From the NCBI RefSeq assembly GCF_009914755.1, contig NC_060925.1: a stretch of DNA of 64,000 bases. One strand, 5' to 3'. Shown one piece after another: positions 37,430 through 48,850 of the stretch. Each line of letters starts with the position of its first letter. Position 1 is the stretch's first letter. The notes beneath the pieces are model-generated. The model was not told the origin of the DNA. It saw nothing but the letters and a program-made list of their open reading frames with translations, and made no database searches. Made by a program: the position numbers and the translations under genes. This DNA is from the human T2T-CHM13v2.0 reference genome, Homo sapiens.

Positions 37430-37905
37430 GGCGCCATGAAAACGCCTCGGCCGTTGCCGAGGGGACCTGAGCCGAGCTGGGTTCCTGAAGCCATTGCATT
37501 TGATCCATGGAGCCCAGAACGTCTCCGGGAGAGAAATATGGAAGCAATTATTGTGAGGGCCGTCGTTTGAGTAATTCCCAGAGAGACACCAGGGCCGGCG
37601 CTCACGAAGCCTGGTGCACAGCGCCCTAATGAAGCAATTAAGGCAGGGATCCTCCGACTTTGATCTTGATGGGGTAATTTTTACAAAAACATCACGGAGT
37701 GATAGATACCCATAACTCAGAGTCCTTAATTGTACTTAATTTGTTTGGAATACGAATGTGCATTTCATTAAACCCCAGCTCAGCCCGCACGCTTCAAGCA
37801 GGGCTGTCAAGGAAAATTAAGACCCAGTTTGCTTTCAGAGTTACTGGTTTTTATCAGGCAAGGACAGCGGTCTTCAAACAGAAGGTTACGGATAATTAGG
37901 CCGAG
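37430..37905. promoter_or_regulatory. Large AT-rich candidate conserved enhancer
   Basis: About ten TAAT/ATTA cores, CTTAATT repeated 10 bp apart (37725, 37735), CTTTGATC at 37658, CTGTCA, GATAATTAG. Confidence 0.62.
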
Positions 37906-38159
37906 AGCTACAGCCCAAGAAAGTGGAGAGACGGCACCGCTCCAGGAGCGGGTGGGGAGGGGACCCCTCCGGGCAGGCGGGCAGCAGGGCCCTGTCCCAT
38001 GCAGACCCCAGGCTCAAGGAATAGGGGCTTGGCCGGAGGTGGACATGTCCACATCTGCATCTGGCCACACAAAGGCTGCAGGAGTCCCGCCCTCAGAGTC
38101 CCCTCGCCTGGGAACTGCTCCTCTGTCCTGCTGGCCTCTGATGAATTTTGGCCACAGGG

Positions 38160-38275
38160 ACACACAAGAGACATAGATCTTCACTCTGGAAGGGCTGGAA
38201 CAGTCCAGCCCACGCTTCTGTTAAAGAGGGGAAACTGAGGCACGGGGGGGGCTGGCCTTGCCCGTGGTCACTCAG
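38160..38275 (-). mobile_element. MIR fragment
   Basis: aaagaggggaaactgaggcacgggg...cttgcccgtggtcactcag. Confidence 0.55.
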
Positions 38276-38684
38276 GAAGTTCCTGTGCAGAGCGATGGCC
38301 TCCCTGTCCAGCAGCTTTGCTGCCTGGCCCTCATCAGTTCTCATCTGGGGGGTGTCATCTGCTCCGCCTGGATGTGCAGGCTCTGGCCATCAGCAGGTCT
38401 CCCCTGGCTGAGGGGCAGAGGAGAGGGGAGAGGACGCAGCCCACCCCATCCCGCCCACTCCACCCTACCCTGCCCACTCCACCCCACCCCACTCTGCTCC
38501 AGGGCCTGGACGCCTGGAGACAGTGAAGTTTGCCTAGGGACCTGGAGGGTTAGGGTCCCCACCCTGTCAGGGAACCCCAGGCCTGTCCTTGGGGGAGCAG
38601 TCTCCTGTGGGGCAGTGGGTGAGGGGCCAGTTTCATGCAGGAGAGAGCAGGAGAACCTCTCCTTTCTCATCTGAGAGTTACAGC

Positions 38685-39035
38685 TCACAGACACACAGAC
38701 AAGTACCTACATATGCATGCACGTGACATGTGACACACACAGCACTTGGCAGTGTACACAGGCAGATATACACACATGCACAGATGCATACAAAACACAC
38801 ATAGCACACACCCCAGCAGGCATGCACATATGTACGCACGCCACATCCACACATGGGCACAGGTACACCCACACACAGATGCACAGACATGACTCATGGA
38901 CACACAAGCGCAAACCCACACATGCATGTGCACACAACATATATGATACACATGTGCACACATGCACGCACCTGCCTGCACATGTGCACACGTTTGCACA
39001 CGATGCACCTGCATGTACACACGTGCACCCCCATG
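38685..39035. repeat. Degenerate (CA)/(CATG)-rich low-complexity tract
   Basis: Direct inspection. Confidence 0.9.
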
Positions 39036-40174
39036 CGCCTGGGGACCTCGTGGGCTCAGCGGTCGTTCACTCTTCTGGTCTGGAGGTGGCCTGGGTGTCA
39101 GCCTGTGACCTTAACAGCTTTCTCTCCACACTGTCCACCACTCAGAGACCCCCTCCCCTGACCCAGGCCGGCCCTGTTGCAAGGAGGCTCGCTGTAGCGG
39201 GGGTCTCCATGATGAAGTCGCTGTGGCAAGGCCTGGGCTGGGTGGCTGGGACCTGCCCGACTCTGACTTTCCCACCCTAGGCAGCGAGGACCCCTTCGTG
39301 CTACTCTCCCCAGCAATCAGTGGTCTGCAGCCCAGCAGCAGACTCCAGCCCCCGCAAGCCCTGGGTCTCGGCCCTGTGCTGGCCATGGAAAGGGACAGCT
39401 CCTAGCCACCAGATGGTCACCCCTCGGTCACAGCCTAGCCTGCCCCTGGCAGGGTCTGCAAATCCAGCCCCAGCGGCTGCTCCACCATGAGCTTGCCTGG
39501 GCCTTGGCTCACCTCCGGTGCCACACAGGGACAACCTCTCTTGTCTCAATGAGACCCTTATCAATAGTACAACCCCTGGGTTTGCCAATGTCTGTCCCTT
39601 TCAGGTGTGAGGAGGTTAAAAACTTGTTCAGGGTAACCAGGTAGCAACGGGACAAATCACTGTATCTCGGGACCCCGGGGCCCCAGGGTTGTTTTCAGGA
39701 GATGCGGCCTCAGTGGAAGGGACCTTTTTTTCTAGAGGGGGCCCAGGCCTCCCCAGGCCAAGGGTCCTCGCTTGGCTGGAGGCGTCTCTGCTGCTTTGCC
39801 TGGTGGGGAGGGCCCCAGTCTGAGTGTGCCACCCTCCGGAGGGCGTCTCCTCTGAGTGAGTGCTAGCTGAGTGATGTGGGCGCCGTCCTCACAGGGCTGC
39901 TTCCCTTGCGCGTGTGCCGGCTGCCTCGAGGCGCTGGCTCTCGGGACCTAACCTTGGTCAGATGGGGTGGCAAATCTTCCTTCTCTGTCCTCCCCACCCT
40001 GCCTCCCCACCCTGACCTCCTTCCTGGGGCACATGTGCACCGGCTGTGAGGGTACACCTGGCGGGGAACGCTGGGGCCACACCTGGCAACTTGCAGACAG
40101 ACTGAAAACCGCAGAGTGTGGCGGTGCCGCCAGCCTTCCTGGGTTGTGCTCAGCCTGGCACGGATGTGGCGAGG

Positions 40175-40622
40175 ACGTCCTGGGGCCACCGCCACCAAGT
40201 ACCACGGGTGCGGGGGCTTGAACCACAGATGTTTATTCCCTCACAGCTGTGGAGGCTGGAGGTCCGAGATCAAGGCAAGAGCAGGGCTGGTTCCTTCCAG
40301 AGGCTCAGAGGGCAAATCCATCCCAGGCCTCTGCCGCCCGCGGCTGTGTGGTACACTCCGCGCTGCTCCTCGGCTCCTGGGAGTGCTGCCCAGTCTCTGG
40401 CTCCGGCTTCACCGGGCATCTCTCTGCCTGTGTATCTGTGTCCACGCTCTCCCTTTGTGTAAGGACACCCCTCATGGTGGATGAGGGGCCCCCCACTCCA
40501 GTGTGGCCTCACCGCCATTGTTCCGTCAAATGAACATTTATTCCCAAGTCAGGTCACACTCCGAGGTCCTGGGCTGAGAACTGCAACTTATGAATTTCAT
40601 GGGACACAGTTCAGCCCACATG
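40175..40622 (-). mobile_element. MLT1B-type MaLR solo LTR
   Basis: gggcttgaaccacagatgtttattccctcacagctgtggaggctggaggtccgagatcaagg...ttatgaatttcatgggacacagttcagccca. Confidence 0.87.
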
Positions 40623-41744
40623 GGTCCCCCACAGGCTGAGTGAGCTGACGTGGTGGGGGCGAGGGGCTGGGGCCGTGGCTGGCATGGGGTCACTGCTGTG
40701 TCCTGCTTAGTGACAGACAGTTCTGCCTCTGCAGGCATCATTTTGGCTCCTGACCGCAATGTGTGGGGAAATCTGGCTGCTTCTGGCAGGCACTTGCCTC
40801 GGCCTGTCGGTGCCCAGCAGAGCTGCTGTCTATGTGGCCTCTTGAGTCCCCGGAACTCTGACCCGGCCAGGGTCCAGCAGGAGCACTGGTCACACTAAGT
40901 GTTTCCACAGAGGGGACTTGATGAGGGCATTGGGTTCAGGAGCTGCGGCTGCCCCCAGGGCACGAGGGTACCTGAGGGTAGCCCAGGGCTGGTGAGTGAG
41001 GGAAGCTGGGAGCAGGCTGGAGCCGTAGGTTCCAGACACTCAGAGGAGAGCCCCACAGAGCAGGGGTCCCCCTTCAGAGCTGGGGTGCTGCTAGAGAGGG
41101 CACAATGGGGCTGGCTCAATGGGGTCCCCAGAGAGGCTAGAGGCCAGAACCACCTGCAGCCGCCAGGACTGAGTCCACTGCTTGGGGAAGAGCTGGCAGG
41201 GGCCGCTAGGCCAAGTCCTCCTCAGCGCTTGCTTCCCAGCTGGCCCAGGGCCCCGGTGAGCAGAACCTCACCAGGGTTCTGGTGAGGCAAGGGAGCGGGC
41301 AAGGGAGAAAGAATCTGTTGGGTCCTTGCCCGCATCTCAAAGTGTGGCAGGGCAGGCTGGGAGCTGAGGGGCCCCAGGAAAATGCTGGGCACAGTCACCC
41401 TTCGGGGAGCCTGCATTAGTGCATGCCTGTTACATGCATGGCAGTTTCCAGACAGTGACGGTGGTGGCCCGGGGATGCTGCTGCTGGACAAGGCTGGATG
41501 GCCTGTTGTGAAAAGAAACACCCGCCACCCTCCTGTAAAAGGAGGAGAAGCCCCACAGCCATGAGAGCCACTGCCCAGTCACAGGTGTGGGATGCGTCTT
41601 GGGCAGGGTGAGCTCCTCTTCTAGGTCAGTGTGAGATCATCTGGCTGGTCTGTAGCACATACAATACATTGTCAAGCTGACCACTGTTAACTGTCCATTT
41701 ATGAAATAATACTGGGAGAGAGAAGGGGAGGAAGAAGGGAATTG

Positions 41745-42548
41745 GCACACACACTTGCACACACACATGCACACACGTAAACACATTACACACGCACACA
41801 TGCACACACATTGCACACGCACACACATGCACACACATTACTCATGCACACACGTACATACACGCACACACCTACATACATTACACATGCACACATGTAC
41901 ACACATTATACATGCACACACATACATGCAAACACGTGCGCTCGTGCACATGTACACACATTACACATGCACACAAGTACATACATGCACACACATAAAC
42001 ATGCACACATGCACACACATTACACATGCTCATACATGCACACGCATACACATGCACACATGCACACATGCACACACATTACACATGCTCACACATGCAC
42101 ACATGTACACATTACACACGTGCATACATGCACACATGTACACATGCACACACACAAACGTACACACATTGCCCATGCACACACATGCACACATGCAAAC
42201 ACACATGCACTTATGCACACGTGTGCACACATTACACATGCACACATGTACACACATATGCACACATGTACACATGCACACACGTACACACATTACACAT
42301 GCACACACATGCACAATGCACACACACATGCACACATGTACATACAGTACACATGCATACACATGCACACACGGACATACATGCACACATACACACATGC
42401 ACACATGTATGCACATTGCACATGCACACGTACACACATTACACGTGCGCACACACATGCACACACACATGCACTCATGCACATGTACACATATTACACA
42501 TGCGTGCATATATGTACACACACACCTGCATATGGACGCACATACACG
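41745..42548. repeat. ~800-bp degenerate (CA)n/ACACATGC tract with a recurring ACACATTACAC sub-unit
   Basis: Direct inspection; lies just downstream (minus sense) of the ERVL pol end. Confidence 0.95.
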
Positions 42549-42549
42549 T

Positions 42550-43120
42550 TTCTCTGTGGTCTTGGTTTCTGCAGCTGGTCATGTGCTGCCGTCCATATTC
42601 ATGGGAACATCTTTCTTTTACCCTCATTCGCTGTTTCGTTTGCCCTCTCTCAGCCTCTCAGCTGGTCAAGGTTTGTTCCCTGGTGGGGGAACCTGAGTTA
42701 CTGTCACCAAAGGGGCTGAGTCCTCAGTGGCCCTGCTTGTTCCTTTACTTCTGTGGTTTTGGTGGCTGCAGCCTATTAATCGTCACACGGCAATACTCAG
42801 AGGTGCCCGGAGATGCCCTGGGCTGCTGCTCATGCTCCTCCATGGCAACATCCCCAGGTCCCCCTCAGCAGGGGCTTCGTCACCCTGGCTGGCACAGGAG
42901 CTTGTGGTTTACCTGTGGATTTGGAGCAGGCAGATCCCAGCAGCCCAGTGTCCACACTGACTTCCAGCTCTGCGGACCTGCTGTTGTGTCACCAGTGGAA
43001 GCGTTCTGCCGAAGACCAAGACATCTAAACCAGCACAGTCCAAAGTCCTAGGGACAGGAAGTCAGTGTTCCAGGAGTGGGTCGGCAGGTGTGAGTGACAG
43101 GAGCCCCTTCTGCATCCAAC
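42550..43120 (-). pseudogene. pol: ERVL pol C-terminus/dUTPase remnant
   Basis: Minus-strand GLDVLV..TGDTTAGPQSWK..PPPGNKP*PAERLREGKRNSE..HDQLQK vs recalled ERVL GLEVLV..PGDTTMIPLNWK..TPPGKKPRPAEVLAEGKGNTE..RDQLQK. Confidence 0.75.
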
Positions 43121-43122
43121 CC

Positions 43123-43177
43123 ATGTTGGGACCCGGGTATGTTGGGACCTCGGTATGTTGGGACCTGGGTATGTTGG
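43123..43177. repeat. 16-bp tandem repeat, ~3.4 copies
   Basis: ATGTTGGGACCYSGGT x3. Confidence 0.9.
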
Positions 43178-43259
43178 CTGCAGAATGGCACAGTGGCTTG
43201 TTTAAAACATAAATTACACCTGAAGATAGAAACCCAGACTTTCAGGGAGTGCTTGTCCA

Positions 43260-43699
43260 ACGGGCACCATAACTAGGTCTTCACTAGGCCAGCAGTGGGG
43301 TGGGGAATGCAGTGGACCAAAGATTGGCAAGGGTGCCTGTGAGCCATCGCCGAGAGGCTCTTTGAGTTGACTTCCATGGCCAGAAACAGTACGGAGCTGA
43401 GTGCTGCCTTGGCAAGAGAGGCAAGAGGCAGGTGCACAGGGTGGAGCCGTTGGAGCAGGGAGGCAAGTCCAACCCAGAGAGGACTCCCTGAAGTCCCCTC
43501 CATGGTGCCCCTGTGATGTCAGGGGCCCAAGGTCATCTGCCAGGCACCCGTGAGTGAGTGGCACAAAGTCCCAGGAAAAGCTGCTGCCGGGGGCCCCAGT
43601 GGTGGTTTCTGCTTGGGCACATGGGGTATGCAGGTCCCACAACTCTACTGGTCGCCAGGTTCATCTTGTCCAGGAGAGACCATGTTGCTGAGCCATGTG

Positions 43700-43700
<1 letters not shown>
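43260..43700 (-). pseudogene. pol: ERVL integrase remnant (zinc-finger and core, deleted and frameshifted)
   Basis: LDKMNLAT..YPMCPS..WGPR vs LTKADLAT..CPICQQ..LSPR; MAHRHPCQSLVHCIPHPTAGLVK vs WAHAHGIHWSYHVPHHPEAAGLIE. Confidence 0.65.
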
Positions 43701-44443
<743 letters not shown>

Positions 44444-44444
44444 A

Positions 44445-44965
44445 ACCCCATCCCTGCCATCCTGGCCACTTTGGGTGGGACCCCTGAGCAAGCATGGGGT
44501 AGCAGACCCCAGAGAGAGGACAAGGGCCCTCCCCAGAGTGCGGCTCTGCCTGGATTCCTACAGCATCCCCTGCAGCGGACGGCCTTGGTGCCCTCACGTC
44601 TGCCATCCCCGTGCCCTCCCAGAGGGCCGTCTGCACACCCTGCCCTCCACCTCCCTGTCTACTGGCCTCCAGTCCCCTTCTTTCCAGGCCCCAATCATGC
44701 CGGGGCCATCAACTTGTCTCCCGAGCTGGGAGATGTGTATCTCCGCCTCTGCCTGTTTCTCCGTCCGGACAAAGTGGACAACAAAACAGACCATGGCCGG
44801 GAGCTTCGCCTCCTCCATTGCTTCCCTCCCGCTCCCTTCTCAGGACTCTGGGTTAGAGCCGTGATTCTGCCACAGCCGACTTCCATCAACAGAAAACAGT
44901 CAGGACCAGTATGTGAACCAAGCCTGAGTTTTTGTCTTTGGTCCAAGGTGGGCGAAGCTGTATTG
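44445..44965 (-). pseudogene. pol: ERVL RNase H remnant
   Basis: ORF 44594-44818 AKLPAMVCFVVHFVRTEK..IGAWKEGDWRPVDREVEGR vs ERVL AELRAVHLVVHFAWKEK..SGTWKKHDWKIGDKEIWGR. Confidence 0.82.
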
Positions 44966-44969
44966 TGGG

Positions 44970-45091
44970 GGATGAGGAGGGGGTGTATGTGAAGGGGGTG
45001 TGGGGCAGTGCCAGCCGCCTCACCACTGTGCAGGATGAGGAGGAGGTGTGTGTGAAGGGGGTTGTGGGGCAGTGCCAGCCGCCTCGCCACT
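44970..45091. repeat. ~63-bp tandem duplication
   Basis: GATGAGGAGG..GTGAAGGGGG..TGTGGGGCAGTGCCAGCCGCCTC at 44971 and 45034. Confidence 0.92.
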
Positions 45092-45094
45092 CCT

Positions 45095-45927
45095 CTTGCT
45101 TCTGCCTCTCTCAGCCCTCATGGGCCATCCCTTGGGACCGTGGGTTGCTGCCACCAGGCTCATCCTTATGGCCTCCTGGCTCATACAGTGCCTGGCCGGT
45201 GAGGAGTGCTCAGGTTGGACAGCCACGGTTGTCTTGTGGTCAGCCATTGGGTCTGGGCTCTTCTCAGAAAGACAGCACGGGGCCTCGGGGGAGAGCACTG
45301 CTCTCAGCCCTGGGTGTCTGTACCCCGTTCTTCCCCCTGTAGCTTCTCCAAGGTTCCACACAGCAGGTATATCTGCCATGAAGACCTCTGACATCGCAGA
45401 GGCTGGCAAAGCAGCTCAGGGTCCTAGATCTGAGGAGGCCCCCAGAGGCTGTTTCTCTTTCTAGGCTCAGGCAGCAGATGGCACGGTGACGTCAGGCCAT
45501 GGCGGCAGGACCCTCAGCTGCGTGTTGGGTCCCTAAGTGTCAAGGGTTTATTGCCTGGTCTCCGGCGCATGTGTCTTCTATGAAGTCAGACAAGATGCTT
45601 GCTGCTTTCTGACCATCAGGACCAACTGACCATCCAGACCAACTGATGTCATCAGCAGGGACACAAGTGCCATGGCCCTGGGACCTCCAGGTGAGCAAGA
45701 TCCCTGCAGAGGGCATGGGAGGGGTGATGAGGAGGGTAAAGCGGGCTCCGGGCTGAGCTGTGCAGGTGAACCCTGTGCAAGCTCCTGCTCCAGGATCCCA
45801 GGAAGCCATGTTCCCAGTGGCCAGTCCTGTGCCTTCTCCCAGGGGACCCCCTCCCTCAGTGGAGATTCCATGGTTGGAAAAGCGTCAGTGACTGGGTCCC
45901 CTGTGTGAAGTCGAGAATAATCCCCAG
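45095..45927 (-). pseudogene. pol: ERVL reverse transcriptase and tether remnant
   Basis: DYSRLH..PVTDAFP..PLGTW; VPADDI..GPDGQKAASIL..INP vs VHYIDDIMLIGPDEQEVASTL..INP; SEVFMADIPAVWNLGEA vs LEVSVADRDAVWSLWQA. Confidence 0.8.
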
Positions 45928-46130
45928 CAGTGGTTCTCAGCTCGGGGTGGGGGGTGGGTGGACATTGGGCAGCGCCCAGAGACATTTATGGTTGTCACCT
46001 TCAGGGGATGCCACAGGCTTCCAGTAGGGGAAGGCCAGAGAAGCTGCCAACACCTTGTGAAGACCAGGTTGGCCCCACCACAAAGGGTCATCTGGCCCCA
46101 AAGTCTAAAGTGTTGAGATTGTGCAATGCT
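45928..46130 (+). mobile_element. MER20 hAT-Charlie DNA transposon inserted in the ERVL RT
   Basis: cagtggttctca..gagacatttatggttgtcac..aggccagagaagctgccaacacctt..caaagggtcatctggccccaaagtc follows the MER20 consensus. Confidence 0.88.
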
Positions 46131-46131
46131 C

Positions 46132-47030
46132 GTCCAGGGTCACTTTGTGAGATCCGTCTGCCTCCTTCCTGCACAGGCCACCGTGCCAGGAATCCCTGTG
46201 CCTGCTGCTCTGGGCCCAGCCTCAGCCTTGTCACAGGGTGCTGCTCTGGCTTTCCTCTCCTGGGTGAGAGAAGCTCCAGGGGCATCTGCTGTCTCTCCCC
46301 ACCCCAACAGGTGTCATTCTGTGGGTTTGGGGCCAACGTGGGGATTCTCCCAGTGGCCAGCTATGTCCAGTCCAATCATGCATTCCGGGACTGTGGACGT
46401 GACTCAGGCCACAGAGCTCACGTGGAAGTGGACGTGGCCACAGGTGTTGCTGTCCTCTGGACTGCAGGCCGCACGGGGCTCTGGGTCCCCAGGAAGCAGA
46501 TCGGCACAGAGCCTGCTCTCAGATGGCCCGGCTGGATCCCTGCTGTCGAGCACAGCCTGCTGCAGACCTGGTTGGGGCTGGTGCAGGGGAAGCATCCAAG
46601 TTCCTCGTTGTGAGTGTGTAGGGGACCTTCCTGAGGGCTCCAGGACCCTGGGAAGAGCAGCCTGGCTGGTGCAGAAGCTGAGGAAGCCGCTGAGACTCCT
46701 TGTGGTGACGCCACAAGTGAAGCTTCTGGTGAGCAGACACGGAGGAGACCTGCCCTGTAGGTCGATCTCCACTTCACTAGGCCTTCCATCTGATGGATCC
46801 CAGAGACCCTGATCAATCAGCCACAACTAAAGCGCATGTCGAGCTAAACCTCCCAATGATCACTCCGTCCCCACCGCCCATGACAGCTCTTGTCCTCAAC
46901 TGGCCAGCAGCAGTGAAACCCCACCTGGCCACTGCCACTCCCTAACCTGTCATTCTCACTAGGCCCAGGGGCCCACCCTAGTGAGTGCGGTCAGCTGCAA
47001 ATGCCTCCACCTCGCCCCTCGCCAAGATAA
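46132..47030 (-). pseudogene. gag-pol: ERVL gag C-terminus, protease and RT N-terminus remnant
   Basis: WLIDQG..DGRPSEVEIDL (gag WLIDHG..DGKPTKFLLDL); LLPGDP; VPECMIGLDIAGHWENP 46341-46391 (VPECIIGIDILSSWQNP); WPVQ/ADGSHKVTLD. Confidence 0.82.
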
Positions 47031-47039
47031 CCCTCCTAA

Positions 47040-47475
47040 GCCCTGGAGCCCTGATAGTTACCTGATACTGTGAGGTCCACGCAGGGGTGATAATGTGCAG
47101 GATCCTGAGATGGGGGGATATCTGGACGACCCTGGAGGGCTCTAAATTCCATCACAAGTGTCCTCATCAGAGAGTCGCAGAGGAGACGTGGCCACACCCT
47201 GAGGAGACCCATGTGGGACGGGGTGGTGATTGGAAGATGCTGGTCTTGAAGACCGGAGCGAGGCATCCACAAACCCAGGAATGTTGGTGCCCCCGGAAGC
47301 TGGGAGAGGCCGGGAAGGATTCCGTACTGGAGCTTCCAGAGGGAGCATCCTGATTTCCACCCAGTGAGGCTGACTTTGGCTTCCTGCTTTCGTGAGTGTG
47401 AGAGAGTAAATGTGTGTTGTTTTAAGCCCCCTGGTCTGTGGTGATTTGTCTCCGCATCCCCGGGAAATGAATCCA
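47040..47475 (+). mobile_element. MLT1D/E-type MaLR LTR inserted in ERVL gag
   Basis: gatcctgagatggggggata..ccatcacaagtgtcctcat..gagagagtaaatgtgtgttgttttaagcc..gggaaatgaatcca. Confidence 0.85.
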
Positions 47476-47592
47476 AGGAGGCCTCTCTCTGCCTTGTCCC
47501 AGCCTCCGGAGCACAGCCTCAGTGGAGTTTGTGAGAGGCCAGGCCTCTGTCACAGACGGATTCACTCTCTGAGCCCAGGGAAAGGCGTGCTT

Positions 47593-48236
47593 GGGCCCTC
47601 TCCTGGGTGCAGTGCGGAGTCGGGCCCTCTCCTGGGTGAAGTGCGGAGTCGGGCCCTCTCGTGGGTGCAGTGTGGAATGGGGCCCTCTCCTGGGTGCAGT
47701 GTGGAGTGGGCCCTCTCCTGGGTGCGGTGTGGAATGGGGTCCTCTCATGGGTGCAGTGTGGAGTGGGCCCTCTCGTGGGTGCAGTGGGGAGTTGGGCCCT
47801 CTCATGGGTGCAGTGTGGAGTGGGCCCTCTCCTGGGTGTGGTGTGGAGTGGGGCCCTGTCGTGGGTGCGGTGTGGAATGGGGCCCTCTCCTGGGTGCAGT
47901 GTGGAGTGGGGTCCTCTCCTGGGTGCAGTGTGGAGTGGGCCCTCTCGTGGGTGCAGTGGGGAGTCGGGCCCTCTCGTGGGTGCAGTGTGGAGTGGGGCCC
48001 TGTCGTGGGTGCAGTGTGGAGTGGGCCCTCTCCTGGGTGCGGTGTGGAGTGGGCCCTCTCCTGGGTGCAGTGTGGAGTGGGCCCTCTCCTGGGTGCGGTG
48101 TGGAGTGGGCCCTCTCCTGGGTGCAGTGTGGAGTGGGCCCTCTCCTGGGTGCGGTGTGGAGTGGGCCCTCTCCTGGGTGCCGTGTGCAGTGGGGCCTCTC
48201 CTGGGTGCAGTGTGGACGTGGGTGCAGTGTGGAGTG
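47593..48236. repeat. 28/29-bp minisatellite, ~22 copies
   Basis: Unit GGGCCCTCTCCTGGGTGCAGTGTGGAGT(G/C). Confidence 0.97.
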
Positions 48237-48239
48237 AGA

Positions 48240-48850
48240 TGTCCACGGTAAGTGAGCCCCATTGGCCCCTCCCTGGGCCTCCGGTGGCCTCTTCTCTGTT
48301 GGGTTAGGGACGTTCTGGCGTCACAATAAACGGGACTCTTAGTCACTGTGAGTCGGGGCCTGTCACTGACCAGCCAGACTTGGTGAGCGCCCCAGCTCCT
48401 TCAGCCGACACCGCAAGTCCACCGTCTCTGGTAGGTGAACCACTAGCAGGCACTTAGCCTAGATCAGCCTTGCATCCGATCCCTGGTATGAGACCCCAGA
48501 CATCACCTCTCACATGATTTGCCCAAGATATTTGCCACAAAGCCTAACATGGCTTTTGGCCTCCAAGCCACCTTCTCCTGGGCTAGACGTCCCCTGTCCC
48601 TAGAGCACGCGCTGACTCCTCATGGGCGCCGAGGAAGCGGGTGGTGCGTCTGGATCTTAAGAAGGGCAGGAGGCCCTCCACGCGGCAGAGCAAGCGCCCG
48701 GACCAGGCTGTTGCAGGGTCTCCCAGGAGCGAAGCCTGGTTTCCCAGACCCAGGCAGAGGACTCTCCTCTGGCAAGCGAGCCGCAGAGAGGCCCAGGAGG
48801 TCAAGACTTCCATTCCTGTGTCCCTGCCCCAAGGTCCAAGGCCCTGGACC
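48240..48850 (-). pseudogene. gag: ERVL gag remnant (N-terminal/central)
   Basis: Patchy nucleotide similarity to recalled ERVL gag (tctctggtaggtgaacc, tcctctggcaagcgag, ggaggtcaagact), colinear with the downstream pieces. Confidence 0.5.

Noticed and set aside
41261-41287. Hairpin CCTCACCAG-GGTT-CTGGTGAGG with an alternative CAGAACC/GGTTCTG pairing
   Set aside because: Too short for a pre-miRNA and plausible by chance
41000-41660. 3' LTR of the ERVL (LTR16-like)
   Set aside because: Only faint similarity near 41560-41660; termini and a matching 5' LTR could not be identified
41755-43051. His/Thr-rich ORFs of 302-341 aa, and similar ones at 59517-61950
   Set aside because: Translations of CA/TG tracts
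47410-48346. Repetitive ORFs of 196-275 aa in five frames
   Set aside because: VNTR read-through
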